Shown in pieces: positions 26,834 to 39,593 of a stretch of DNA of 64,000 bases. Each line of letters begins with the position of its first letter. Position 1 is the stretch's first letter. The stretch comes from Octopus vulgaris. Lineage: Eukaryota. The stretch spans positions 57,660,001-57,724,000 of the forward strand of contig OX597826.1 in NCBI GenBank assembly GCA_951406725.2. Direction: 5' to 3'. Both the position numbers and the translations under genes were made by a program. Below the pieces are notes generated by a model. The model saw nothing but the letters and a program-made list of their open reading frames with translations, made no database searches and had not been told where the DNA came from.

Positions 26834-27519
26834 TTAAACAATCCATGCTAGGTAGCCTGCAAGTGGACATGTAGGAGAACAAATAGTCCAAACATGAAAT
26901 AAATAATTAAATAATCAAGTGAACAAGAGAACAAATAATCTAATAAAAAATTAATGAATAAAATAAAAAATATAATTTAGTATCAGTTCACAGCTCCAGT
27001 TATCCTATAGATTTCTCAAACATTTTAAATACTTGAAGGTATTATTGTCTTAGGGTTTAAGCAAAATGCCAAATTATTTTTAACTTATATTACAGCTCCT
27101 CTTTATTATCCAATTTGGATAAAAGAAAGATGAAAATAATGAGCAATATAAAAAAAGGGAAGACTCCTTTTATTCTTTCAACGCCTTTTGAACTGGGCTA
27201 CAGAAATAGGCACATGTGTTCAACAGAAAATCGCAAATTATTACAATGTTAACCAATTTGCCTCTAGTTGTTCAAATTACTACAAAAGACATTCCACCCA
27301 CTCACTGGGAAGGCAGTTGATGAGAAATTGGATCAAAGCAATAAAATGATTTTATCAGCAGCTATTGGGTCAAAATAAATACCACGACCAATTAAACAAG
27401 TGCATTAGTCTATATTATTTTCCTATTACCTAGATAATCTACCAGAAACTCACACACACAACAACAACAACAATTGGTATTAAAGAGAATGTAATAAAAC
27501 TCCAGCTTCAGTGATACTG

Positions 27520-27800
27520 ACATCATCATTATCATCATTATTATCATGTTAACAATAATTTTTTTTCCATCCTGACAAGGGTTGGATGAGTCTGCTGTAT
27601 AGTCAGTATATAGCTAATCATTGTGATTCTTTGTCATGTTGTCTGTGTGATCCAGCATCCTACAAGTCTGGCCTTACCATCTCTTTTCAAGTATGTTTCA
27701 GTCTTCCTTCCACATACACCATGTGTCATTTATGTCTTTTAAGCCTAGCTTCTCTCCCAGTTCTCTTGTGGTGTGTCTTTCATAAAGTTTATAATGACAT
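27520..27800 (-). mobile_element. Highly degraded RTE-like LINE 3' end with an E-type tail
   Basis: The minus strand gives broken 'RELGEKLGLKDI', 'GRLKHT*KEMVRPDL' and 'MTKNHND', resembling RTE ORF C-termini. It ends in 'ccaacccttgtcaggatggaaaa..gttaacatgat(aat/gat)n'. Confidence 0.45.
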
Positions 27801-28582
27801 ATCCAATAGATCATATGAGATGTATTTTTTTAACAACCTCTGTAAGTCTTCTACATTCAATACTCATATTTCACTACAATTCAGTAATGTGCTTGTTATA
27901 TATAAATATCATATATTTTACTTTTGTGTAAAGAGAGAAATATTTGGTCACCAACAATTCCTTAAATCTCTTCCAACCTTTTATTTATCAACAACCTGTT
28001 TCATTTGCTATAACATGCAAAAACCTACACAAAACAGAGCAAATTGCAGACGTTGTGCTAATAGTTTTTATTTATCTAAACAAGATATTTCTGTTACAAA
28101 ATGCTCAAGTCCTTCAATACTTAATTGTACTTTGCTGGGAAAATACTACACAAATATAAACATCAACCTTTGCTGCTTTTCATTTTTGTGCTTAATTAAC
28201 CAAATTGAAGCAATTTCCTACTTTGTGCAACTAATGCCCAATTATAAACCCCAAATAGTCAACACTGCCAGGCATCAACAAATCTTAACTTGACTGCTTT
28301 TATCTCCAGCCTCCTCCTAAATGTGCAGCTCATACTAAAACATGTCAGACAGGAAACTGAATGGAATATTTCCAGACTACCACATTTCATGGTATGTAAC
28401 TCGATTCCAAACCTAACTAAAACATGCCCCATTTGCTTATTACACACAAGAATTTAATCTCTATACTATATATCTGTTACTGAAAAAATAAATGGAACTA
28501 ATTAATAATAATGGCTAAATTTAAGCAGAAAACATTAGTTGGATAATTTTGAGAAGTGTGGACTTTACATAAATTTCATTAA

Positions 28583-29043
28583 CCCTTTCGATACCTATTT
28601 CTTTACTACCCACAAGGGGCCAAACACAGAGGGGACAAACAAGGACAGACACACGGATTAAGTTGATTATATCGAGCCCAGTGCATAACTGGTACTTATT
28701 TAATCGACCCCGAAAGGATGAAAGGCAAAGTCGACCTCGGCGGTATTTGAACTCAGATCATTAACGGCAGATGAAATACGGCTACGCATTTCGCCCGGCA
28801 TGCTAACGTTTCTGCCAGCTCACCGCCTTTGATACCAACCTACCAAACACTGCCTCTATTTCTATGATCAAACTTTCTATATTAAGAGATCCAAATTAAA
28901 GTTCACCATTAAAATTACTTGTTAATTTATGTTCCAATTACCAGCTTTGTAACGACTAAGATATTTTACCAAATTCTTTATTAATTTCAAAATTAATTGA
29001 AACAAAGGCAATGTAGTTCAACAGAAATATAGTAACAAAAGGG
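28583..29043. mobile_element. Family D piggyBac-type MITE interrupted by a B1 SINE
   Basis: TTAA|CCCTTTCGATACC ... GTAACAAAAGGG|TTAA. The body is homologous to 5319-5539. Confidence 0.78.
28596..28826 (-). mobile_element. Young SINE, family B1
   Basis: Minus-strand tRNA-like head (gagctggcagaaacgttagc..gagttcaaat), core gcctttcatcctttcggggtcgat..aagtaccag. TSD cctttcgatacc / cctttgatacc. Confidence 0.9.
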
Positions 29044-29425
29044 TTAAACATATTTTAGCTGTCATTCTTAAAACTAACGATTCAACTGTGAAGCAAAAAA
29101 AAGTTGACATTTTACAGCTAAACTTATAAATGTTTGCTATATTACACTTCATTTAAAGAATATATTTCTAAAACAGTAGTGATGTTAGAACTTACAAAGA
29201 CTGGATTCAGCTTCTTCACTTATAGTTTATTAATAAAATAAAAATTTAGAACAGACTTTATAGTATGCTTATATAAGTTTTGAAATATCGTTGCATGTAT
29301 ATATGTATAAATGTGTGTTTGTATAGTTTAAATGTATGTGGGCATGTGTGTGTGCATACATGGATACGTGTGTGTATGTACAAGCATCATTTGGTATATG
29401 AGCGTGCATACCTACATATGTGAAT

Positions 29426-29853
29426 ACTCTTTTACTCTTTTACTCTTTTACTTGTTTCAGTCATTTGACTGCGGCCATGCTGGAGCACCGCCTTTAGTCG
29501 AGCAAATCAATCCGGGACTTATTCTTTGTAAGCCCAGTACTTATTCTATCGGTCTCTTTGCCGAACCGCTAAGTGACAGGGACGTAAACACATCAGCATC
29601 GGTTGTCAAGCAATGCTAGGGGGACAAACACAGACACACAAACATACACACACACACATATATATATATATATACATATATACATATATACGATAGGCTT
29701 CTTTCAGTTTCCGTCTACCAAATCCACTCACAAGGCTTTGGTCGGCCCGAGGCTATAGTAGAAGACACTTGCCCAAGGTGCCACGCAGTGGGACTCAACC
29801 CGAAACCATGTGGTTGGTAAGCAAGCTACTTACCACACAGCCACTCCTGCGCC
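29426..29853 (-). mobile_element. Full-length young family A SINE flanked by ~162-bp direct repeats
   Basis: Reverse complement of family A. Flank 29264-29425 is repeated at 29854-30018. Confidence 0.92.
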
Positions 29854-31643
29854 TATGCTTATATAAGTTTTGAAATATAGTTGCATGTGTATATGTATAA
29901 ATGTGTGTTTGTATGTGCATATATATGTTGGCATGTGTGTGTGTGTGCATACATGGATACATGTGTGTATGTACAAGCATCATTTGGTATATGAGCGTGC
30001 ATACCTACATATGTGAATGTGAATTTTTTTAAAAATAAATTTTACTGATAAACAAATCAGACGCCCACTCTCTCATCCGATGGTTCTAGTAGCAGTATAG
30101 GGTTAAGATCAAGCAAAATCAAGACTGGACTTGAATCTATATTGAAAAATAAATGAGTAAACAAAATAAAATAAAACAAAAAAAAAATATATAATCAATA
30201 AATAAATAAATAAAACATAATATGGAGTTAACATTGTTGGCTATGTAATTTCTTTGAGACATTATAGTGTAATGGAGCAGCAGCCCATAGCCTTTAAATC
30301 CTCACTGATGCCAGGAGATCAGATGGAAAGTGATCATTTATCCAAAACATTAATTATATATTCAAGTCCTTGTTCAAGTATTAGGCTGTGCTTGCTTTCC
30401 TCGTTGCTTGCTTTGCTCATTGATTTTTGTTTTTCTGTAGTAGATATGTTATTGGTATTGCTCTTGTTGTTGTTATTGTTGTTGAATAGAAAAATCTAAG
30501 AAAAATAATCAAATATAAAATGATTTACTTTAAACAGTCTGAGATCAACAGAAGCTCAATATCGAACAATTTCTTTCGGCCTTCAAATGAGAGAAAATTC
30601 AATTCACGTAGACAAATTGTTTGGCACGAAAACCCAACAACTATTCATAGCAAAACGATATTTTGGATTCCGTTGAGTGTGAATGAGGAGATAGGGGGGG
30701 GGTGAAGAATGGTGGTGGTGGCGGTGGTGGTTGATGATGAGATGATGGGATGAGTACCTAAATATAATGGATAAAACAGAAGACGGACTTCAATCTTATC
30801 ATCTAATTTGTCGAAAGTAATTTATACAGTGTACAGTGATTGAACTTAAGCTTCGAAATTAAACAATTCTGAATAGCATTAAAACCCAATATTTGGAATA
30901 CAAATATATAATTTGTGTATATCTGCTTACCTCTCGCTTTTTCTTCTCTCTCTCTTTCTCTCTCACACACACATACACATTTAAATCCACTTTTCAATGA
31001 ACACAGCATGGAAGTGAAACCATTCAGTACACCGAAGTATATTTGTATACATCTGCTTTGCCATACTGATTCCATTTATTTATCCAATTCATGCTGTGCT
31101 CGGTGTAAAGAGACTATTTTGTGACTATTTTAATGGTAGTCAAACTTGCACCAATATGTAAATTAGTTTGCATATAACTGAATTAAAAGCACATGGCTGA
31201 GTGGTTTGGCTGTTGGAATCTCAATTATTAGGTTGTAGGTTCAATCCTTGGACTAGGAAAAACACTGTATCCTAAGCAAGGCACTTTATTTGATACTGCT
31301 CTAGTTCAGTCACCTGGAAATGTGTACCTGCAGTGACCAGGAGTTTAACTCTGTGATGGAATCATACTATTTTCAGGTGTCATGTGGAGTTTTGTACTCT
31401 CAGTCTCTTAAAAGACTTGAAAATTTGGCTAAGTTCTGGCTTCATGAGCCTGTATACCTAAGGCTGACTTTGCATGAAAATAAAGTAGAGTTTTCTACAT
31501 TATTTTAAGCTATTATCTTTTTGGAGAGTGGAAGATAACAAAAACTTTCAATTCTGAAATCATTCTTTCCACAACCAAAATTCTTACATAGAGTGTAACC
31601 TCATTAAAATTCCTTTAACGAATAAATAGAGTGTAACCCCATA

Positions 31644-31964
31644 AAGGCACATTGATTAGTGGTTAGGGTATTCGGCTCATGATCATAAGGTTGTGAGTTC
31701 AATTCCTGGTGACATTTTGTGTCCTTGAGCAGGACACTTTATTTCACATTGCTCCAGTTCACTCAGCTGGCAAAAATGAGTAGCACCTGTACTCTAAAGG
31801 GCAAGTCAAATAAATAATCTGTGTCATGCTGAATCTCCCTGAAAACTACATTAAAGGTACATGTGTCTTTGGAGTACTTTGCCACATGTACGGTAATTTC
31901 ACAAGCAGGCTGTTCAGCTAATCAGATCAGCTGGAACCTTCGTTGTCATAACCGACAGATTGCC
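31644..31964 (+). mobile_element. Family H3 SINE
   Basis: Homologous to 8856-9180 and flanked by repeated agagtgtaacctca.taaaatt. Confidence 0.85.
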
Positions 31965-32564
31965 AGAGTGTAACCTCACTAAAATTTATTCAATAATAAT
32001 TTCTCCTACATTCGTTCTGTATATCATAACTAGTAATACCACTAAGTATAGTAGTATCAAAACCACCCTACTGGAAGCAAACTGTATGATGATAATCTAA
32101 GCAGAGCTCTAAGCTCAACAGCACCAATCATACATCTAACTGTAGAAACAAGATATATACTGTATTAAAAAATAAAATCTATATTTCATACAATAGGAAA
32201 CAGAATTGATTAGCGTGAAAAAAGAAAATTCATTATTTCGCTTTTATCACATAGCTAGGGTGCTAAAAATATTCAATCTCAATTACGTTCATTTAAGCTG
32301 TGCAACAATTGATATGTAAATAGCTTATTGAAATATTTTATTGAAATATTTTGTATAGAATTAGTTAAATATTGTTTTCAAAATTAATAAAGATTTTGTG
32401 AGATAATCAAAAATTATTCAATATTACTGAATTTCCAAGAAAAATCTTAAGTAATCAAATATGTAATTTCTCCTACAGTATGTTTAAAAAGTATAAGTAT
32501 ACTTCAGCATATTGAATATTTAAATATAGTTATATTTGTTCAAAAGCATGCATGAATTAACTAA

Positions 32565-32603
<39 letters not shown>

Positions 32604-32778
32604 ATATTTATCACTTCAGTGCTTATTTTATCAAACTTTAAAGGATAAAAGGCAAAGTCGACTTCGGCAGAATTTGAACTTAGAAATACTACTAAGCATT
32701 TTGTCTGACATGCAAACAATTCTGCCAGCTCACCACCTTACAACAACATCAACAACTACTACTACTACAACTACTACA

Positions 32779-32822
<44 letters not shown>

Positions 32823-33095
32823 AGAAACTAAAGGAAGCCCGTCATATATATATGTATGTATGTATGTGTGTACATGTTTGTGTCTCTGTGTTTGTCCCCC
32901 CAACATCGCTTGACAACTGATGCTGGTATGTTTACATCCCTGTAACTTAGCAGTTCGGCAAAAGAGACCGATTAAATAAGTACTAAGCTTACAAAGAATA
33001 AGTCCTGGGGTCGATTTGCTTGACTCAAGGTGGTGCTCCAGCATGCCCACAGTCAAAGGACTGAAACAAGTAAAAGAGTAAAAGAGAAAAGAGTA
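32823..33095 (+). mobile_element. 5'-truncated family A SINE abutting an (ACT)n array (32750-32822)
   Basis: Matches family A from 'gaaactaaaggaagcccgtc' through the tail. Confidence 0.85.
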
Positions 33096-33892
33096 CATCA
33101 CATGCCTGATACCTGAGAAAAGTTAGCAAATGAAGCTACTTCTTGCATGAATACTTCACCTTCAAGAAAGAGCAGCCAAATCCCACCAAAACACATCCTA
33201 ACTGTCTTAAAAAAGACACATTAGATTATGTACTTTTAGATATACTACAACACACTGATCAAGATTTGAACATGGAATATAGAGGAATAGGACAAAGTAC
33301 GGACATAGTGCCACCCTAGACACATATATTGATTTCTAACATAAACACAAGGTTGCAAATTTGGGTAGATATAGTCAGATATAGGCTGACTCCATTATTT
33401 GACCGGTACTTATTTTATTGACCTTTGAAGGATGAAAGGCAAAGTTGACCATGGTAAGGTTTGAACTCAGAATGTAAATGGCAGTAACTAAATGCACTCT
33501 AATGACTGTCAATCTCTGTCCTAATATACTGTCTTAATACTAACATACTGAAGAATGATAACAATTAAGGAGTTCCTCTGCGTTGTTGTTGAGCTGAGTT
33601 AACAAGTAACACATTTTTATCTATACACACAAACATGTACACACACACACAAGGGCAGACAAACACGCACACAAATACACTCAAAGAAACAGCTGAACAA
33701 CCCAATACTTCAGTATAGGAAAAGTATTCACTTTACAAGGGATAGGTGAAATGTAAGAACAACGTATAAACATCGTATTGTTAATTCATAGTGATGTGTT
33801 GAAAATCAACTTTGAAATTAATTTCCATTTATCACAATTATTTTTCATTGTTCTTAGATTGAGTCATTAGTCATTGTTCTTACACTCAACAA

Positions 33893-34114
33893 CCCTTTCG
33901 TGATTATATTTCTAATGAGTAGACTGCTGCCTATGTGTTTCAATTAATTTTCAATTTGGAGGGATTTAGTAAAATATCTGTAACTTTATATATTGGTAAA
34001 TTATGGATGATATCTCACGATATCATTTACTTCATAATGAGATTTTGTTCAGATTTTAATTTAGATATGAATACTTTAGTGCAGGCAGTCTCAGGTGGGT
34101 TAATATAAAAAGGG
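33893..34114. mobile_element. Degenerate family D MITE in inverted orientation
   Basis: ccctttcgtg ... aaaagggTTAA. The interior matches the family D reverse complement. Confidence 0.6.
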
Positions 34115-34899
34115 TTAACTCTTTTGTATAGCCTAATTGCAAATTCTATATGGCGATATTATTTCCTTGTTTAAACAGGTTTCAATTATACATTAAGAAT
34201 TGTGTTGACAGCTTAAAGTTACAAACAACAGTGAAATTTCAAAGTAATTTGTATAACAACATTATTATAATTATGTATATTAGGAAAGGTGAAATGGCTA
34301 AATGAATATGATATCAATGATTAAGTGAAGATTTATAGCTTTTCCTCAACATTTCAATGAAAGAATTTATTGCCCTGCTCACTGAGCTGTAAAGACTATG
34401 CACTAAATTTTTTGGCAATGATAACTCTAATAGTGTGACATCACAGCCAAGCAGTAATTTTTCCTTTTATCTCACATCTATTTCTATGGCTACACATAAA
34501 TTAAAGAAAAAATAAAATGGAACAACAATAGACATTTTGCATTGTGGTTTTTTCCTAGAAACCAAAACCCAAGGCATGCTGTAACATCAAGATGTCCTCA
34601 GGTACTAGTTTTACTTGAATGCTAACAACAGTGAAAGCTCTATTAAAAGCACTCAAGGAACAAGTGGTGCTATCAACCCAAGTGATGAGTTAAGTCTATC
34701 ACACCAAAACTCATACAGATCATTTTTAAATACATATATTATTATTATAATCATCATTATTATTATTACTACTATTATCTTTATAGGTGCAGGAGTGGCT
34801 GTGTGGTAAGAAGCTTACTTCTCAACTACCTACTGCGTGGAACCTTGAGCTGAGTGGATTTGGTACCCAGAAACTGAAAGATCATCATATATAAAAAGC

Positions 34900-35066
34900 A
34901 GTATTTCATCTTGTTGTTACATTCAGAGTTCAAATTCTACTGAGGTCGATTTTGCCTTTTATCTTTTTGAGGGTTGATAAATTAAGTACCAGTCGAGCAC
35001 TGGGGTCGATGTAATTGACTAGTCCCCTCCCACCAAATTTCATGCCTTGTACCTTTTGTAGAAAGG

Positions 35067-35128
<62 letters not shown>
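34900..35128 (+). mobile_element. B2 SINE with an expanded (ATT)n tail
   Basis: gagttcaaattc..gccttttatctttttgagggttgataaattaagtaccag..gaaagg(att)n. Confidence 0.8.
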
Positions 35129-35139
35129 CTGACAAGCGT

Positions 35140-35485
35140 GAAGGCACATGGCTCAGTGGTTAGGGCATTGGGCTCACTATCATGAGATAGTGAGCTCGAT
35201 TTCCGGACCGGTTCATGTGCTGTGTTCTTGAGCAAGACACTTTATTTCATGTTGCTCTGGTTCACTCAGCTGTAGAAATGAATTGCGAAGTCATGGTGTC
35301 AAGCTGTATTGGCCTTTACCTTTCCTTTCAATAATATTGGTGGTGTGGAGAGGAGAGACTTGTATGCATGAGTGACTGCTGGTCTTCCATAAACGACCTT
35401 GCCCAGACTTGCACCTTGGAGGGGAACTTCCAAAGTGCCATCCCAAGGTAATTCATGACAGAAGGCAACCTTTACCCTTCCCTCT
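35140..35485 (+). mobile_element. tRNA-derived SINE, family H4 (head 2 + CORE-like segment + tail 3)
   Basis: Head and core as in H3 (cttgagcaagacactttatttcatgttgctc..cactcagctg), followed by an unrelated 3' half. Confidence 0.75.
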
Positions 35486-35643
35486 ATCATCATCATCATC
35501 ATCATCATCGTTTAACATCTGCTTTCCATGCTAGCATGGGTTGGACGATTTTGACCGAGGGCTGGCGAACCAGATGGCTGCACCAGGCTCCAATCTTGAT
35601 TTGGCAGAGTTTCTACAGCTGGATGCCCTTCCTAACGCCAACC
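35486..35643 (-). mobile_element. Family E retroposon, truncated
   Basis: (cat)n tail and ggatgcccttcctaacgccaacc. Confidence 0.85.
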
Positions 35644-36304
35644 TCTATCTGATTAATAATATACTAATCTAACAAGGAAGGGTTGTAAGTAGGCTGTAAT
35701 GTTTCTTTTTATCTCTCATCTATTTCTATGGCTACACATTAGCTAAAGAAAAAAAAAAAAATGGTGCAGCAATAAACTTTTTGCATTGTGGTTTTTGGAA
35801 AGAAACTGAAACTTATGGGATGCTGTAACAGCCCTTTAAGATGTCCTCAGACCACTGGCCTAACTTGAATGTTAGCAACAGATTAAGCTCTGCTAAAGGC
35901 ACCCAATTATTGTTGTTATTATAAGAAGGTTTGGAGGAAGCACATGCATTGGGAAGAAGCTAGAATGAAGTTCATTTCTATAGAAGAAGAACTGAGCAAA
36001 ATGCATAAGAGAAAAGAGTGATGGACAATATGCCAGTGTATTATTAATAATTTCTTCTGCACTGTCTAACAAAATACTTAGTGGTATCTCCTTACTTTCC
36101 TTTAAGTTACTAGTTCAAATTGACCAAGATTGTTTTTTTTTTTTTTTGCCTTTCATTCTTTTAAGATGAATGAAATGAGTATTAGTCAAGCATTGAGATT
36201 GATATAATTGACTAACAAAATTCCTCTGCTTATCATAACTGTAGGTTTTCCATATTTGATGTATTTCAGTTTTAGAATAGATACAGCACATCCTTGCTTG
36301 TTAT

Positions 36305-36690
36305 GGATATGGAAGCACTCCGTCGGTTACGACGACGAGGGTTCCGGTTGATCTGATCAACGGAACAGCCTGCTCGTGAAATTAACGTGTAAGTGGCTGA
36401 GCACTCCACAGACACATGTACCCTTAACGCAGTTCTCGGGGATATTCAGCGTGACACAGAGAGTGACAAGGCCAGCCCTTTGAAATACAGGTACAACAGA
36501 AACAGGAAGTAAGAGTGAGAGAAAGTTGTGGTGAAAGAGTACAGCAGGGATCACCACCATCCCTTGCCAGAGCCTCGTGGAGCTTTAGGTGTTTTCGCTC
36601 AATAAACACTCACAACGCCCGGTCTGGGAATCGAAACCACGATCCTACGACTGCGAGTCCGCTGCCCTAACCACTGGGCCATTGCGCCTC
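36305..36690 (-). mobile_element. Full-length tRNA-derived SINE, family H1 (head 1 + tail 1)
   Basis: Minus-strand head ggaggcgcaatggcccagtggttagggcagcggac..ggtttcgattccc. Perfect 16-bp TSD catccttgcttgttat at 36289-36304 and 36691-36706. Confidence 0.92.
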
Positions 36691-37471
36691 CATCCTTGCT
36701 TGTTATAAGGGATTGGTGACAAAAAGGACTTCTGCTACAGGAAATTCTACTCGACATATGCCAGCTTAGAAAATACAATGATGACAACAACACTGATGAT
36801 GATGTTGATGATAATGATGATGATGATGATGATGACAACTATGATGAAGATGATGATGATAACGATGACAATGAGGAAGAAAGATGAGAGAAGGCAAAGG
36901 AAGAGGATAAAAGCTAACAAAAATATTGGTAAAATATTGAACTGAAATTCCACTGTGTTAAGTTTTATTTCTATGTTCTGAGATTAACTTCACTCTTCCT
37001 CATACTAAATCCAATTCAGTTGAGAGCTCTCCCTATCTTTACACATTTGATTCTTGGTGCCAATATAAGAAAGAAATCACTACTGCTATTGTTATGATCA
37101 ATGTCATATTGCAGTAAACTAGCTCCATGGACTTACTTGTGCCATATAGCTGACAATTATATCAGTAGATTCTCCTTTTTGATCTTCGTCAGTTTTTTTT
37201 TTTTCTGCATATAACTAATACAAAGAATTTAAACTGATAAGGTGAGAAGTTATTTTTTTTTTATTTATCTATTTATTTTTGTTTCATTCCTGCTGGAATA
37301 AGAATAACATTTTTAGAAATATAAGTTGTCAACCCTTTCAAAACAACCATTTACATATTATAAAAGTTTTCTTTATCCTATTCCATTTACATGAGGCAAA
37401 CAATTTTTTTTTTTTCCTTACTGAATGAATCGAGCTTATCTTAATGCACATCAGAGTGGTTGCTTGCTTGC

Positions 37472-37514
<43 letters not shown>

Positions 37515-37679
37515 TGCATGTTTGTGTGTGTTTGTGTGAGTGATTTTTAGTTAAAGAGACAGACAGACAAATGCATGGTGCAGTTGTGAGAAGTGTTTGT
37601 AAACATGTGTTGACATTGAATCTTTGGAGAGGTTAAGTTGACTTTACTACTACTACTACTACTACTACTACTGCTACTG

Positions 37680-37716
<37 letters not shown>

Positions 37717-38089
37717 GTTGATGACTAAAATCGACATTTCAACCTCATACCTACTGATATAAGTAAGACACATAACTATCAAAGTAGTGTCAACTGTTGA
37801 CATTCTTTACAAGTGAAGAATATTGAACAAATAACACAGCTTCTTTCTATTAGAGCACAGAAATGTGTTAGACAATATGGTTTTTCACCTATGTACATAC
37901 ACAAACACACACATACACATAAACAGAAATACAAACACACTAATCCAACAGTTCGCACAACCATAAACATTTACAAACACAAGCATACATGCTGAGACAC
38001 ACAACCATAAATACACAAACATACACTAGAGAGCCCGCATATAAAACCATAAACTTATAACAATAAACCCACACAGAAACAACAACCTG

Positions 38090-38143
38090 CATACACACAC
38101 ACACACACACACATACTCACACACACACACACACATACACACA

Positions 38144-38197
<54 letters not shown>
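38090..38197. repeat. (CA)n microsatellite
   Basis: Directly visible. Confidence 0.95.
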
Positions 38198-38202
<5 letters not shown>

Positions 38203-38552
38203 CAAAATGTGATAAGACTTTACTGCTGTATATTCTTAGAAAAATAAAAACCTCACTGTAGATTAGAATGTTAAAATGTTATTATTCTCACTATTATTAT
38301 ATAACCAATACTATTATCATCATCATCATCATTGTTACATTATCGTCCATGGCAAGGAAATTTTCAACATGGAAAGAGAAAATGTAAAACATTCAGGAGG
38401 AAATTTGTTTAAGCTAATGTAATCAATATTCTCTGATGTCGTCTTCATAATCAATGTGAAATGATGTCTTAGAAAATTTCATGTACACCGTTTTACGTGG
38501 ACTATATCACTTGGGGTTTGAGACCAGTGATCTGTTTCTGTAGTAGCTAGGG

Positions 38553-38830
38553 GATGACAATGTTATTGATAATGATGATGGAGGTAATGATGAAGATAGC
38601 GATAATGATGATGACGACGACAACGAAGCTAATGACAATGATGATGACGATGACAAAAATGATATTAAGGATAGCAATGACATTGATGAGGAGGAGGATG
38701 ATGATGATGATTACAGTGTTGACAAGGATAACAATGAGGACATTAATGATGATGATTATGATATTATTGATGATCACAATAAAGATGATGATAATAGCAA
38801 TGATGGAGACAATGATGACAACAATGACAA
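38553..38830. repeat. Degenerate (GAT/GAC/AAT)n trinucleotide tract
   Basis: Directly visible. It explains the Met-rich and Ile-rich ORFs. Confidence 0.9.
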
Positions 38831-39046
38831 CAGTGGCAAATTCGATGGTAAAGAGGATAACAGGGGTAATATGAGAAATTGCAGATTAACACAGCTATAG
38901 CTAAAACAAATGCTGTAAATGTTTATATCATGAGAAAAACCGATTAAATCATAAACATCCTCATTGTTTTAACATCTATTTCACCATGCTTGCATAAATC
39001 AGAGAGAATTTGTTGAGGTGGATTTTCTGTGGCTGGATGGCCTTCC

Positions 39047-39593
39047 TATTTCTTTATTGCCCACAAAGGGCTAAACATAAAGGGGACAAACAAGGACAGA
39101 CAAAGGGATTAAGTCGATTACATCGACCCCAGTGCGTAACTGGTACTTAATTTATCGAACCCAAAAGGATGAAATGCAAAGTCGACCTCAGCGGAATTTG
39201 AACTCAGAACGTAACGGCAGATGAAATACCTATTTCTTTACAACCCACAAGGGGCTAAACACTGAAGGGACAAACAAGGACAGACAAAAGGGATTAAGTC
39301 GATTACATCGACCCCAGCGCGTAACTGGTACTTATTTAATCGACCCCGAAAGGATGAAAGGCAAAGTCGACCTTGGTGGAATTTGAACTCAGAATGTAAC
39401 GGCAGACGAAATACCTATTTCTTTACTACCCACAAGGGGCTAAACACAGAAGGGACAAACAAGGACAGACAAACGGATTAAGTAGATTATATCGTCCCTA
39501 GTGCATAACTGGTACTTATTTAATCGACCCCGAAAGGATGGAAGGCAAAGTCGACCATGGCAGAATTTGAACTCAGAACATAACGTCAGATGG
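39047..39593 (-). repeat. Tandem trimer of headless B1 SINE units (~184 bp each)
   Basis: Units start at 39047, 39231 and 39416. Each internal junction reads gaaatacc|tatttcttta. Confidence 0.9.

Noticed and set aside
30480-30720. Slightly CpG-richer unique stretch, possible promoter or first exon
   Set aside because: No definable core promoter elements; composition alone is not enough.
36615-36690. tRNA genes at SINE heads
   Set aside because: A and B boxes are present, but there is no clean cloverleaf or acceptor stem, and each continues into a SINE body.
38547-38874. Met-rich and Ile-rich ORFs; poly-N, poly-T and poly-D ORFs elsewhere
   Set aside because: Trinucleotide-repeat artefacts.
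39047-39593. CRISPR-like array
   Set aside because: The units are whole SINE fragments without unique spacers, the context is eukaryotic, and there are no cas genes.
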